A DNA stretch of 64,000 nt from assembly GCA_044376085.1 (NCBI GenBank), contig JBILLN010000005.1:1125-65124 (forward strand), written 5' to 3'. The notes below the pieces were generated by a model. The model did no database searches. It had not been told where the DNA came from and saw only the letters and a program-made list of their open reading frames with translations. The position numbers were made by a program, and so were the translations under genes. The DNA is from Bradymonadia bacterium. GTDB lineage: Bacteria; Myxococcota_A; Bradymonadia; UBA7976; UBA1532. This document shows positions 16,973-26,393 of this stretch, in pieces. Position 1 is the stretch's first letter; every line of letters begins with the position of its first letter.

Positions 16973-19231
16973 TCACGGGCGCGCCAAGGTGAGGTCCACC
17001 GTGGTTCCGGGAGCGGAGAGCGTCACGTCCTTCTCTTGGGACGCAAACCCAGGCAGCTCGACCTGGAAACGCGCGACCGTCCCGTTCGATCCAAGGAGAG
17101 TGAGCGGGGTCCGGCCGATCTCTTTGCCGTCGAGCCGGATCGTCGCGCCCGAGGGGTCCGTCCGGACCGTCCCGGCCCCCAGCTCGCCACTGCCGCTGGC
17201 CGGCAATCGGACGTGGAGCCAGACCTCGCCACGGGTCTCGTCCAGCCGAGCCCGCCAGGAGCTCTTGCCCTTCGAGAACTGGAGCGAATGGGCCTCCCCC
17301 GTCGGCGTGACCGGGTGCTCGAGCGGCGTCTCACCGACGAAGAGGTTGCGATCGAAAACCTCGACCGCGGGCGGGTCGCTCGACACGACGAGCTTCGGGG
17401 GCGATTGCGGCTCCGCGGCCGCGCCGGCGCCGAACGGGTCGAGCAGAACGACCCCCACGACCGCGGCCGTCGTCAAGGCGACCGCCGCGCCGACCGCCAG
17501 CCAGGTCTTCAAACCGGCGCCGCCGCTGCGGACGGGTCCACCCGCCGGCAGTCCGACGGCCGTCGGTCGGGGGTTGATCTCGCGGGGGGGCGCCTTGACG
17601 GTCGGCAAGGCCGGCACCGAAGGCGCGTCCGCCGATGCGGGCCCGACGGCGCGTGGCGGCGGCGGCGAGGCGGCCGGGGGCGCCGGCGGAGAAGGCGCCG
17701 GCGCGGGGTGACCCATGAGAGTTCGTTTGTCGGACCCGGCTGGTGGCGGCGACCGCGCGGGGGGCGGCGCAGGGGCAGGTTCCGGCAAGCGGGCCGGGGC
17801 CTTCGACTCGGGCGGTTCGAACCGCTGAACGGGCATGCCGGTCCGGGTCGCTTTGGGTTCGGGAGCAGGCGCCGCGGACTTCGAGCCCCCACGCGCCGCC
17901 GCTTCGACGTCGGCGATCGGCACGATGCGCGACGGCTCGACCTCCATCAGCTCGCCGTCGTCGAGTTCGAGCATGGTCGACTCTTCGGCTCGGGAGGACA
18001 GCCCCGTCGGGATGATGCCTCCCCCCCCGAACGTGTCGATGCTCGGACCCATCATGACGCCGTCGTCGAGGTCGCCGTCCTGGCTCGCATCCCCGCCGTC
18101 GTCGGTCTCGAAGAACGTCTTCTCTTCGGCGGCCGGGGTGGGCTGTGGCTCGTCGCCGAACTCGAGAAACGTGCGCTCGTCGTGAAAGGACTGCGCTTCG
18201 GCGGACTCGTCGGCCGGATCGAGCACGGCGTCGGGCGGCGGTGCCACGGGCCGCGAGACGTTTTCGTCCGTCGGTCGGGTATCGGGCTGAGAGCCGACAC
18301 GTCCCGCCCGGGCCGCCAACTGAGCCGGGACAGCGTAGAAGCCGCTGTTGAACTTGTAGTTCTCGAGGGCTTCGAGAAACTCGTCGGCCGACTGGTATCG
18401 GGCGCGACGGTCCTTCTCGAGGGCCCGGAGGACCGTCCGTTCGAGTTCGACGTTGATCTCCCCTCGCAAGGACCGCAGCGCGGGCGGCAGGTCGCGCAGA
18501 TGGGCCATCATGACTTCGACGGGGGTCGGCGCGACGAAGGGCAACCGGCCGGCGAGCAGCTCGTAGAAGATGATGCCGAGCGAGTAGAGGTCCGACTGGG
18601 GCTCGACCGGCTTGCCGCGGATCTGCTCGGGGCTCATGTAGTTCGGCGTCCCGTAGATCTTGCCGGCCATCGTGAGACCACCCTGGTAGCCCTCGACGCC
18701 GTCCTGGACGGCGGTGAGCTTGGCGATCCCGAAGTCGAGGACCTTGACGAAGTCGCGGTCCCCTTCCATTTCGGTCAGGAAGACGTTGTCGGGCTTCAGG
18801 TCGCGATGAACCATGCCCATCCGGTGCGCTTCCGCGATGGTGCGCAGCGTCTGGGTCATGATCTTGACCGCCCCCTCGATCTTCAGCGGGCCGACGCGCC
18901 GGAGGCGCTGCTTCAGCGTCTCGCCACCGAGGAACTCCATCGCGATGTACAGCAGGCCGTCGACCGTCTGCCCGAAGTCGTGGATGACGATCGCGTTCGG
19001 ATGCTTGAGACGCGACGCGAGATAGGCTTCGTGGCGAAACCGCTCGACGGAGATCGGGTCACCGCGCTGGTCGTGCAGCAGGATCTTCAGGGCCACGACC
19101 CGGTCGACGGAGATCTGACGGGCCTTGTAGATGGCCCCCATCCCGCCTTCGCCGAGCTTCTCGAGGATCTGGAAGCGGTCGTCGATCACCGCACCGAGAA
19201 GCGAGTCTGCCGAAAATTCGTCGCGCGACAT
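16973..19231 (-). CDS. Ser/Thr protein kinase with a Pro-rich linker, one TM helix and two extracytoplasmic PEGA domains
   Basis: ATG at 19231 gives MSRDEFSADSLLGAVIDDRFQILEKLGEGGMGAIYKA. HRDLKPDN, DFG and SPE motifs are present. The TM helix is WLAVGAAVALTTAAVVGVVLL. PEGA-like blocks occur in the C-terminal 200 aa. The track ORF 16973..20371 over-extends the N-terminus. Confidence 0.85.
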   Translation of the reverse strand: MSRDEFSADSLLGAVIDDRFQILEKLGEGGMGAIYKARQISVDRVVALKILLHDQRGDPISVERFRHEAYLASRLKHPNAIVIHDFGQTVDGLLYIAMEFLGGETLKQRLRRVGPLKIEGAVKIMTQTLRTIAEAHRMGMVHRDLKPDNVFLTEMEGDRDFVKVLDFGIAKLTAVQDGVEGYQGGLTMAGKIYGTPNYMSPEQIRGKPVEPQSDLYSLGIIFYELLAGRLPFVAPTPVEVMMAHLRDLPPALRSLRGEINVELERTVLRALEKDRRARYQSADEFLEALENYKFNSGFYAVPAQLAARAGRVGSQPDTRPTDENVSRPVAPPPDAVLDPADESAEAQSFHDERTFLEFGDEPQPTPAAEEKTFFETDDGGDASQDGDLDDGVMMGPSIDTFGGGGIIPTGLSSRAEESTMLELDDGELMEVEPSRIVPIADVEAAARGGSKSAAPAPEPKATRTGMPVQRFEPPESKAPARLPEPAPAPPPARSPPPAGSDKRTLMGHPAPAPSPPAPPAASPPPPRAVGPASADAPSVPALPTVKAPPREINPRPTAVGLPAGGPVRSGGAGLKTWLAVGAAVALTTAAVVGVVLLDPFGAGAAAEPQSPPKLVVSSDPPAVEVFDRNLFVGETPLEHPVTPTGEAHSLQFSKGKSSWRARLDETRGEVWLHVRLPASGSGELGAGTVRTDPSGATIRLDGKEIGRTPLTLLGSNGTVARFQVELPGFASQEKDVTLSAPGTTVDLTLARP

Positions 19232-19330
19232 GCAGCTCCTGTGAGGACCGGGTCGGATATTAACCCAGCGCGCCGGGAGTGCAAACCAGGAGTGCGGCCC
19301 TGCCCCCTGGCCGATCGCCCTTCGGACGCG

Positions 19331-19358
19331 TTGACCCGCTCCGCTCACCTTGTATAGA
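19331..19358 (+). promoter_or_regulatory. Sigma70-like promoter candidate: TTGACC-16 nt-TATAGA with TG at -15/-14
   Basis: An AT-rich island in GC-rich DNA, about 40 nt upstream of the ATG at 19397 (MKIPS...). It sits in the divergent intergenic region between the kinase and the FCGBP-like lipoprotein. Confidence 0.35.
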
Positions 19359-19396
19359 TCGACACATACAGAAACCTTTCGGAATGTTCCCGCTCC

Positions 19397-21448
19397 ATGA
19401 AGATCCCCTCGACCGGGCTTCGGGTGGCCCTCTCCGCCCTTTCGCTCTTCCCGGTTGCCTGCGGCTCGTCCGACGGCGCGACCCCCGAAGTGCAGGAGGA
19501 CGCCACGACTGCGGAGGCCGGCGCCGGCGGCGGCGGTGGGACACGCCCGGACGCGAGCGGCGGGGGCGGTGCCAGCGAGTGCACCCCCGATGAACGTCGC
19601 TGTTCGGAAGCGGGTCAGCCCGAACGATGCACCGACGGGCGTTTCCGCGCGGACGACCCGTGTGCTCCCAACGAGGTCTGCACCGACGGCAACTGCCAGG
19701 TGCCGATGCTCTGCGAGCCGGACACGACGCGGTGCGCGGACGCTCGCACGCTCGAGATCTGTGCGCCCGACGGTACGTCCTGGGTGTCGACGGAGTGCGA
19801 GGGCAGCTGCAACTCCGCCGGTGGGACGGCGACGTGCGGGGATGTCGTCTGCGCGGCCGGAGAACGGACCTGCTCGGGCGACCAGATCGTGATCCAGTGC
19901 AAGGCCGACGGTACCGGGTTCGAGTTCGCCGAGAACTGCAACGGCGCGCGGACGGCGCGCCAGTGCGACCGGGGTGAGTGCCAGCCGATCTGCAAGCTGA
20001 CCGAGAAGCTCAGGACCAACATCGGCTGCGACTACTGGGCCGCCGATCTGGACAACGCCTTCGTGCCCGGTGGCGAAGAAGGCTTTCTCGACGCGGCCGC
20101 CGAGCAGTATTCGGTCGTCGTCTCGAATCCGCACCCCGAGTTCACGGGCGAGGTCTCCGTCTACAACAACGAGGAGGTCGTCGAGACGGCGGTCGTGCCG
20201 CCGCTGGGGCTTCACGTCTTCAATCTGCCGCGCCGGGACGTCGACGGCACCATCCTGGCGCCGCGCGCGTATCGCGTGCGGAGCAGCATCCCCGTCGTGG
20301 CCTACCAGTTCAATCCCCTCCAGAACGAAGACGTCTTCAGCAACGACGCCTCGCTTCTCCTGCCCAGCCACGTGCTGGGCAAGAAGTACTACGTCATGAC
20401 CCGCGAGCAGAGCTTCGACCGCCTCCGCGGATACCTGACGGTCATCGGCATCAACGAAGAGGCCCCGACGCGAGTCCGCGTCACGGTGACCGCCCCCACC
20501 CGCCCGGGCGTGAGCGGGATTCCGGCCCTCGCCCCCGGCGAAACGTTCGAGGCCACGCTCAACCAGTTCGACACCTTGAACATCGAAACCAATGCCCCCG
20601 GCGCCGACCTCACGGGGTCACTCATCGAGGCGGACTCGGAGGTCGTCGTTTTCGGCGGCAGCGAAGCCGCCAATGCCCCGAACACGAACCATTGCGTGAA
20701 CGTGGATCCGGCAACCGGCGAGGGCGTCTGCGAGTACAAGACGGACGTGACGTGCCGGACGAACTACGACTGCAACGACGCCCGGCTGAACACGTGCTGC
20801 GCCGACCACCTCGAAGAGCAGCTCTTCCCGGTGTCGACGCTCGGCAAACACTACATCGGCACCAAGAGCTTCGACCGCGGGCTGGAGGACGACTACTGGC
20901 GGATCCTCGCGGTCGAGGACGGCACCAAGGTCGAGACCGTGCCTCCCCAGGTGCCGATCCCGGAGCTGAACGCGGGCCAGTGGTTCGAGTTCGGCAGCCG
21001 GGAGCACTTCGAGATCCTGAGCGACAAACCGATCATGGTCGGTCAGTTCCTGGCGAGCGAGCAGGCACCGGACCCGAATCTGCGCGACTTCGAGGAGCCC
21101 GGGGACGCCGGGACGGGTGATCCGTCGTTCATCCTCGCCGTGCCGGTCGAGCAGTTCCGCTCGGACTTCGTCTTCCTCGTGCCGGACAAGTACGCCTACA
21201 ACTACGTCTCCCTGATCGCGCCGGTGACGGCTGCCATCGACTTCGACAACGGCCCCGTGCCCGCCACGTTCGAGCCCGTCGGTGCCGGCGACATCTGGCA
21301 GATTGCGCGATTCCCCGTCGGGGCGGGGGTCCATTTCATCCTGTCGGACGAGCCCCTTTCCATCATCGTCTACGGCTACGACCAGTACGTTTCGTACGGG
21401 TATCCGGGCGGCCTGAACCTCGACGTGACGGCGGAGCTCGAGCAGTGA
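19397..21448 (+). CDS. Lipoprotein with an N-terminal Cys-rich module and an IgGFc-binding-protein N-terminal-like (FCGBP_N) domain
   Basis: MKIPSTGLRVALSALSLFPVACGS is a lipobox. A repeated CxxxxC...C module follows. C-terminal blocks HVLGKKYYVMT, VVVFGGSEAANAP and SDKPIMVGQFLASEQA resemble the FCGBP_N domain. Confidence 0.65.
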   Translation: MKIPSTGLRVALSALSLFPVACGSSDGATPEVQEDATTAEAGAGGGGGTRPDASGGGGASECTPDERRCSEAGQPERCTDGRFRADDPCAPNEVCTDGNCQVPMLCEPDTTRCADARTLEICAPDGTSWVSTECEGSCNSAGGTATCGDVVCAAGERTCSGDQIVIQCKADGTGFEFAENCNGARTARQCDRGECQPICKLTEKLRTNIGCDYWAADLDNAFVPGGEEGFLDAAAEQYSVVVSNPHPEFTGEVSVYNNEEVVETAVVPPLGLHVFNLPRRDVDGTILAPRAYRVRSSIPVVAYQFNPLQNEDVFSNDASLLLPSHVLGKKYYVMTREQSFDRLRGYLTVIGINEEAPTRVRVTVTAPTRPGVSGIPALAPGETFEATLNQFDTLNIETNAPGADLTGSLIEADSEVVVFGGSEAANAPNTNHCVNVDPATGEGVCEYKTDVTCRTNYDCNDARLNTCCADHLEEQLFPVSTLGKHYIGTKSFDRGLEDDYWRILAVEDGTKVETVPPQVPIPELNAGQWFEFGSREHFEILSDKPIMVGQFLASEQAPDPNLRDFEEPGDAGTGDPSFILAVPVEQFRSDFVFLVPDKYAYNYVSLIAPVTAAIDFDNGPVPATFEPVGAGDIWQIARFPVGAGVHFILSDEPLSIIVYGYDQYVSYGYPGGLNLDVTAELEQ

Positions 21449-21489
21449 CGCCGTCCGCGTGGCCAAACGTCCCTCACTTCGGAAGGAGC

Positions 21490-24400
21490 ATGCCCATGCG
21501 GGCGATTCCCCTCCTCGCGATGCTCTCCGTCCTGACACTCGGCTGCGAAGGTGAGCCGGGCGCGGATGCGCCGACCGAATCGACGGCGTCGACCTGCGGG
21601 GACGGCGTCGACAACGACGGCAACGGCCGCGTCGATTGCGACGACACCTCGTGCGACGCGTTCTGCGAGGAAGTGTCCGGCGACGCCCGACTGCGCTCCG
21701 ACCAGGGGACTGAGCCCGAAGGAGACGGGGGCCCCCCCCCCGGCGACGCCGAGCGTCCGCCGGCCGACGGGGGGACGGGCTCGGACGACGCGAACGTCAT
21801 CGTCGTCCCCGATGCGAGCGAAGTCCTTCAACCGTTCGGGATCAACAGCGTCGTTCCGAACCGCGGCATTCTGGCGGGCGGTACCGAGGTCCGGATCATC
21901 GGTACCGGCTTCAAGCCGGAGGTCGTTTTTCTCTTCGCCAATCAGTTCGAGTGCCGGAACATCGTCGTCGAGAATCAGAATCGCGCCACCTGCACCACGC
22001 CTCCGGGCGAGCAGGTCGGGCCGGCCGACGTTCTGGCCCAACAGCCGTCGAGCGATCCCTTCGCGCGACCGGGAACGATGGAACAGGTCCAGCTGACCGC
22101 CGGGTTCGCCTACTACGAGCCGGTCTCGATTTCGACGGTCACCCCCGACCGAATCCCGCTTCGGGGTGGGGTCCAGTTGACCGTCCGCGGGACCGGCCTC
22201 GTCGAGGGTACCGAGGTCCACGTCGGGGACACGGAGGCCCTGAGCCCGGAGTACATCGCCCCGGACGAGATGCGCGTCTTCGCGCCGGCCGGCTCGCCCG
22301 GCTTCGCGGAGGTCCGTGTCGGGAACTTCAACGGAAACGACACGCTGGCCCGGGCCGTCTTCTACTACGAGGATCTCGAGCTTCTGGCCGTCGAGCCCGG
22401 CGCGGGTCCCCTGGCGGGTGGCAACGAGGTCGTCCTGACGGGTCGGGGTCTGGTCGACGCGAGCATGGTGACATTCGGGGATGCCGTCGCAGCCGTCGTC
22501 GAGGGCAGCGCCGACCATGCCCGGTTGACGGTCACGGCGCCCGCGGGCGACGCTCGGGGGCCGGTCGACGTTTCAGTGACCAACGACAACGGGACCTCGG
22601 TGCTGCGAGGCGGGTACGTGTACTTCGACCCGGGCGCAGACGCCCTCGCCGTCGACGGTCTCGCCCCCGCGAGCGGTCCTGTGGAGGGCGGAAATGCCGT
22701 CTTCGTCGCCGGCGCCGGGTTCGCCGCCGACACCTCGGTCACCGTGGCCGGTCGAGTCGTCGACTGCGACCGGATCGACGAGCACGTCCTTCGATGCACC
22801 ATGCCGCCGGGAGATCTCGGTCCCGCGGATGTCGCCGTCCGGTCCGGCGGCGACTCGGTTCTTCTCCCGGGCGGGTACACCTACTACCAGAGCCTCGAGA
22901 TTCTCGCCGTCCGCCCCGAGGCGGGCGCCGTCGCGGGCGGAACGTTCGTCGCCCTGACGGGCCGAGGCTTCGTCGACGGCATGACCATCGACCTCGGCGG
23001 CATCGAGCTCGTGGACGTCCGCGTGGTCGGCGACGCCCGTGCGGAGGGTCGTACGCCGCCCAATACGGCGGGCCCCGTGGATGTCCACGTGACCTCTCCG
23101 TTCGCACGCGCGACCCTCCCCGCCGGGTACACCTACTTCGATCCCATCTCCCGCTTCGGCGGCGTCTGGGGCGACGAAATCCGAGGCGCCGTCAATGTGA
23201 CGACGATTCATGCGACGACGGGCGCCTTCCTCGAGGAAGTCGCCGTCCTGGCCATCTCGGAAGAGACGGAGGTCCGTATCGAAGGGCTGACGAACGCCCA
23301 GGGCCAGGTGGTGCTGTCCGAAGAGGGGCTTCGCGGGCCGCTCAACATCACCGCGGCGAAAGAGGGCTTCGAGGTCACGACGGTGGAAGACGTCGAGACG
23401 CAGAACGTGACGATCTACCTCACGCCCAACACCTCCGAGATGGGCCCGCCCCCGCCGGGCGTGGCGCCGGCCATCCTGCGCGGCAACGTCAGCGGGCTCG
23501 ATCTGCTGCCGAAGCCGGACCGGGAGAGCAAGGTCAACGTCATCGTCGTGGAGACGACCCACAGCACACCCTACAACCGCCCATACCTGCCCCCCCCGGG
23601 CCCCGGCGGGCTCCTCTTCGAGGACGGCCCGTTCGAGATCATCGCCCGTCCCGGCGAGTTGGCCATCGTCGCCACGGCCGGCGCGCTCGACCGCGCCGTG
23701 CTGACGCAGTACGAGAACGGTGAGTTGGACTACTGGAGCATGCGGCAGTCGCTCGAGCCGGCTTCGATGGGCTTGCGGCGCTTCATCTCCGCGAGCCCCG
23801 GCATCGAACTCGATGGCCTCGACGTGGAGATCGATCATCCGATGGATCTCGAACTGCCGATCGACCTGGACAATCCGCCGGCGGGCGGCGCGGGGGGACC
23901 GGAGTACTACGCCGCGCTCATCCGGCTCAACCTGGGAGCGGAGGGCTTCTGGGAGATCGACACCCAGGCGTTCGACCTGCAACCCGCGCTGGTCATGCCG
24001 CGCCTCCCTCGCTTGGACGGATGGGATGCGGACATCACCTACTACTTCTTCGGTCTCGCCATCTCCGCGACCGACAGCCAGACGCCCATGTCGATCACCG
24101 TCGAAGAAACGCGCGACGTCGAAGGCGGCGTCCTCATCACGCCGTTCGTGGCCGCTCCGTTCCTGGTCGACCCCCTGGACGGCGCCGCTCTCGCCGACAG
24201 TCGTGTCGTCGATTGGGAGACCTACCCGGGCTTCGATGGCCCAATCGATCCGCCGGACGGCAACCTCGTCCTGATCGAAGAACCGGCCTTCCCGGCCCCG
24301 AAACCGATGTGGCGATACGTGACGCCGGGGCCGGTCTCCGAGTACCAGATCCCGGAACTCCCGGAGATCGCCGGCAGTGCCGGACTCAGCGCCGAGCTCA

Positions 24401-24525
24401 ATATCCTGACGATCATTCCCTTCCGCGTCGACGGGCGATTCGACTTCGGCGAGTTCACGTACGACGAGCTCAGCCAGTTCCGCTGGAAGGCCTGGGCCGT
24501 GCATTCCACGGTCTTCACCCCCTGA
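21490..24525 (+). CDS. Large lipoprotein with multiple IPT/TIG (Ig-like) domains
   Basis: A GGAAGGAG RBS lies 2-9 nt upstream of the ATG at 21490. MPMRAIPLLAMLSVLTLGCEG is a lipobox. Repeated P..G...GG..V.I.G.GF IPT-like units are present. Confidence 0.75.
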   Translation: MPMRAIPLLAMLSVLTLGCEGEPGADAPTESTASTCGDGVDNDGNGRVDCDDTSCDAFCEEVSGDARLRSDQGTEPEGDGGPPPGDAERPPADGGTGSDDANVIVVPDASEVLQPFGINSVVPNRGILAGGTEVRIIGTGFKPEVVFLFANQFECRNIVVENQNRATCTTPPGEQVGPADVLAQQPSSDPFARPGTMEQVQLTAGFAYYEPVSISTVTPDRIPLRGGVQLTVRGTGLVEGTEVHVGDTEALSPEYIAPDEMRVFAPAGSPGFAEVRVGNFNGNDTLARAVFYYEDLELLAVEPGAGPLAGGNEVVLTGRGLVDASMVTFGDAVAAVVEGSADHARLTVTAPAGDARGPVDVSVTNDNGTSVLRGGYVYFDPGADALAVDGLAPASGPVEGGNAVFVAGAGFAADTSVTVAGRVVDCDRIDEHVLRCTMPPGDLGPADVAVRSGGDSVLLPGGYTYYQSLEILAVRPEAGAVAGGTFVALTGRGFVDGMTIDLGGIELVDVRVVGDARAEGRTPPNTAGPVDVHVTSPFARATLPAGYTYFDPISRFGGVWGDEIRGAVNVTTIHATTGAFLEEVAVLAISEETEVRIEGLTNAQGQVVLSEEGLRGPLNITAAKEGFEVTTVEDVETQNVTIYLTPNTSEMGPPPPGVAPAILRGNVSGLDLLPKPDRESKVNVIVVETTHSTPYNRPYLPPPGPGGLLFEDGPFEIIARPGELAIVATAGALDRAVLTQYENGELDYWSMRQSLEPASMGLRRFISASPGIELDGLDVEIDHPMDLELPIDLDNPPAGGAGGPEYYAALIRLNLGAEGFWEIDTQAFDLQPALVMPRLPRLDGWDADITYYFFGLAISATDSQTPMSITVEETRDVEGGVLITPFVAAPFLVDPLDGAALADSRVVDWETYPGFDGPIDPPDGNLVLIEEPAFPAPKPMWRYVTPGPVSEYQIPELPEIAGSAGLSAELNILTIIPFRVDGRFDFGEFTYDELSQFRWKAWAVHSTVFTP

Positions 24526-24546
24526 GAAGGCAGCCGGCCTCGGCTC

Positions 24547-25590
24547 TCAGGCGACGAAGAGCACCTCCTCGGGTTCGCGGAGGCCGTGGTGGGCAAAGTA
24601 GGCCCGAAGACCCGCGCGACGCCCCTCCCCGCCGATGGCGACGAGCACCATCGCCTCCGGGCCGAGCTGGTCTCGGACGGCTTCCAGCGTCACGACCGGC
24701 GACCCACCGATTCGCTGCCCGAGCCGCCGCGGATGGAGGTCCAGGAATCCATCGATGGGGCGCCCCCGGTCGGCCAGCGCCCGTGCGATGCGTTTCGCAT
24801 CGTCCCCGGCACCGGCGATGTAGACGCGCGCACGGTCCCGAAGGGGCCCGGCCAGCAGGTGCGTCGCCTTGCAGGCTGCCAGGGCGCCCGGCGAGCAGTG
24901 CGCGGAGGTGCGCGTCAAGCGCGCCCCATGGTCCCGCCACCACGTCAGAATCTCAGGTGACTTGCCCATCGGAACGCCGGCCGCGAACAACCGCAACCAG
25001 AGGTCGTAGTCCTCGGGCCAGCCGCACTCGCGGTACCCACCGAAACGCAGCACCGTCTCGCGGTGGAAGAGGACCGAGGGATGGACGAACGGGCTCTCGA
25101 CGAATCGCTCGCGCGCCATCGCAGCGGCGTCCACCAGGCCGTTCTGCCACGCTTCGTAGCGCCGCAGCCCCTTCTTGACCATCGAGGCGGGAAAACACCG
25201 GATACCCGAGCCGACGACGGCCCAGCCGTTGCGCCGCGCCAGGTCGAGTTGACGCGCGAGTCGATCCGGATGCACCAGGTCGTCCGAATCGAGCCGCGCG
25301 ACGTAGGGCGCACGAGCCATCTGCAGGCCGGCGTTCAGGGCCGGTACGAGACCGAGCCGGGCCCCCCGGACCCAGCGCAGGCGTGACTCGCTGGCGGCCC
25401 AGGACGACAGAAGCATCGGCGTTTCGTCGTCCGAGCCGTCGTCGACCACCACGACTTCGAATCGAACACCCCGACTCCGTCGGACGGTGTTCCAGGTCGA
25501 TGGCAGGTATCGTGCGCCATCGCGAACCGGGATGACGACGCTGACCTCCGGCGCATCGATTTCGTCCGTCCGTGGTAGACTCAGGGCCAT
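24547..25590 (-). CDS. Family 2 glycosyltransferase
   Basis: VSVVIPVRDGARYL, VVVDDGSDDET and DSDDLVHPDRL (DxD) motifs. The start is taken at ATG 25590. An alternative upstream start at 25734 cannot be excluded. Confidence 0.75.
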   Translation of the reverse strand: MALSLPRTDEIDAPEVSVVIPVRDGARYLPSTWNTVRRSRGVRFEVVVVDDGSDDETPMLLSSWAASESRLRWVRGARLGLVPALNAGLQMARAPYVARLDSDDLVHPDRLARQLDLARRNGWAVVGSGIRCFPASMVKKGLRRYEAWQNGLVDAAAMARERFVESPFVHPSVLFHRETVLRFGGYRECGWPEDYDLWLRLFAAGVPMGKSPEILTWWRDHGARLTRTSAHCSPGALAACKATHLLAGPLRDRARVYIAGAGDDAKRIARALADRGRPIDGFLDLHPRRLGQRIGGSPVVTLEAVRDQLGPEAMVLVAIGGEGRRAGLRAYFAHHGLREPEEVLFVA

Positions 25591-26380
25591 GCCTCGTTCC
25601 GATTCTCTCCATCGCACAAGCGCCCGCCCGGCTCTCCGTGGCGGGATGGTTTCGCTCACACTCGCCCTCGCCGCGCTGCTCGGCGCCTGTGGGGCCGAGA
25701 AACCCCGGGGCGAACGCAACGTCCAATACCGCATTCAGCATGCCGAGTCTCCGGACACCCGCATGGCAGACCTGCACGGGCATCTGGCGGACGCCGAGGT
25801 GCGGCGGGTCATCGAGGAGCATCGGGCCGGATTCAACAACTGCTTCCGGCAGTCACCGGATGCCTTCATCAGCGGCAACGTCGAGTTGACCTTCGTCGTT
25901 CGAGAGACCGGCCGCGTGGCGGAGGTCTTCGTCTCGAAGAGCAGCCTCGGCGCATTGCCCGCCGAGGACTGCCTCGTTCAGACCGCGAAGTTCCTGGAGT
26001 TCCCGGCCCCGCACGGTGGCAAAGCCCGATTCGCCTTCCCGTTCGAGTGGAACGAGCCTGCCCGTCGCCTTTCCGAGCCTGTGCCCGTGGACTGGGGGTA
26101 CTCGGTGCTCGCCAGCAATCGGGAACGCTTCGAGCGCTGCCGCGCGAAGCACGATTTCCAGGCGCCGTTCAATCTGCTGGTCTACGTCGGCCGACTCGGG
26201 ACCGTGCTCAGCGCCGGGTTCGACTCCGGTCTGCCGCCGGGCACGGATTTCCCATCCTGCGTCGTCGACGTCGTCAAGGAGCTCCGGTTCCCCAATCCCG
26301 GGAATCGCATCGTCCGCTACCGATCTCTCGTCGAGCATCTGCCGGACGATCTGACCCCGATGAACAAGGACGTCGATTGA
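25589..26380 (+). CDS. Lipoprotein with two tandem AgmX/PglI C-terminal-like (TonB-C-like) domains
   Basis: ATG at 25589 gives MPRSDSLHRTSARPALRGGMVSLTLALAALLGAC, a lipobox. Two repeats match the AgmX/PglI-C pattern ...C...V..W.FP.P.GG..F.FPF (PHGGKARFAFPFEW and FPNPGNRIVRY). The start is uncertain. Confidence 0.55.
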   Translation: MPRSDSLHRTSARPALRGGMVSLTLALAALLGACGAEKPRGERNVQYRIQHAESPDTRMADLHGHLADAEVRRVIEEHRAGFNNCFRQSPDAFISGNVELTFVVRETGRVAEVFVSKSSLGALPAEDCLVQTAKFLEFPAPHGGKARFAFPFEWNEPARRLSEPVPVDWGYSVLASNRERFERCRAKHDFQAPFNLLVYVGRLGTVLSAGFDSGLPPGTDFPSCVVDVVKELRFPNPGNRIVRYRSLVEHLPDDLTPMNKDVD

Positions 26381-26393
26381 GCGACGAGCGGGC

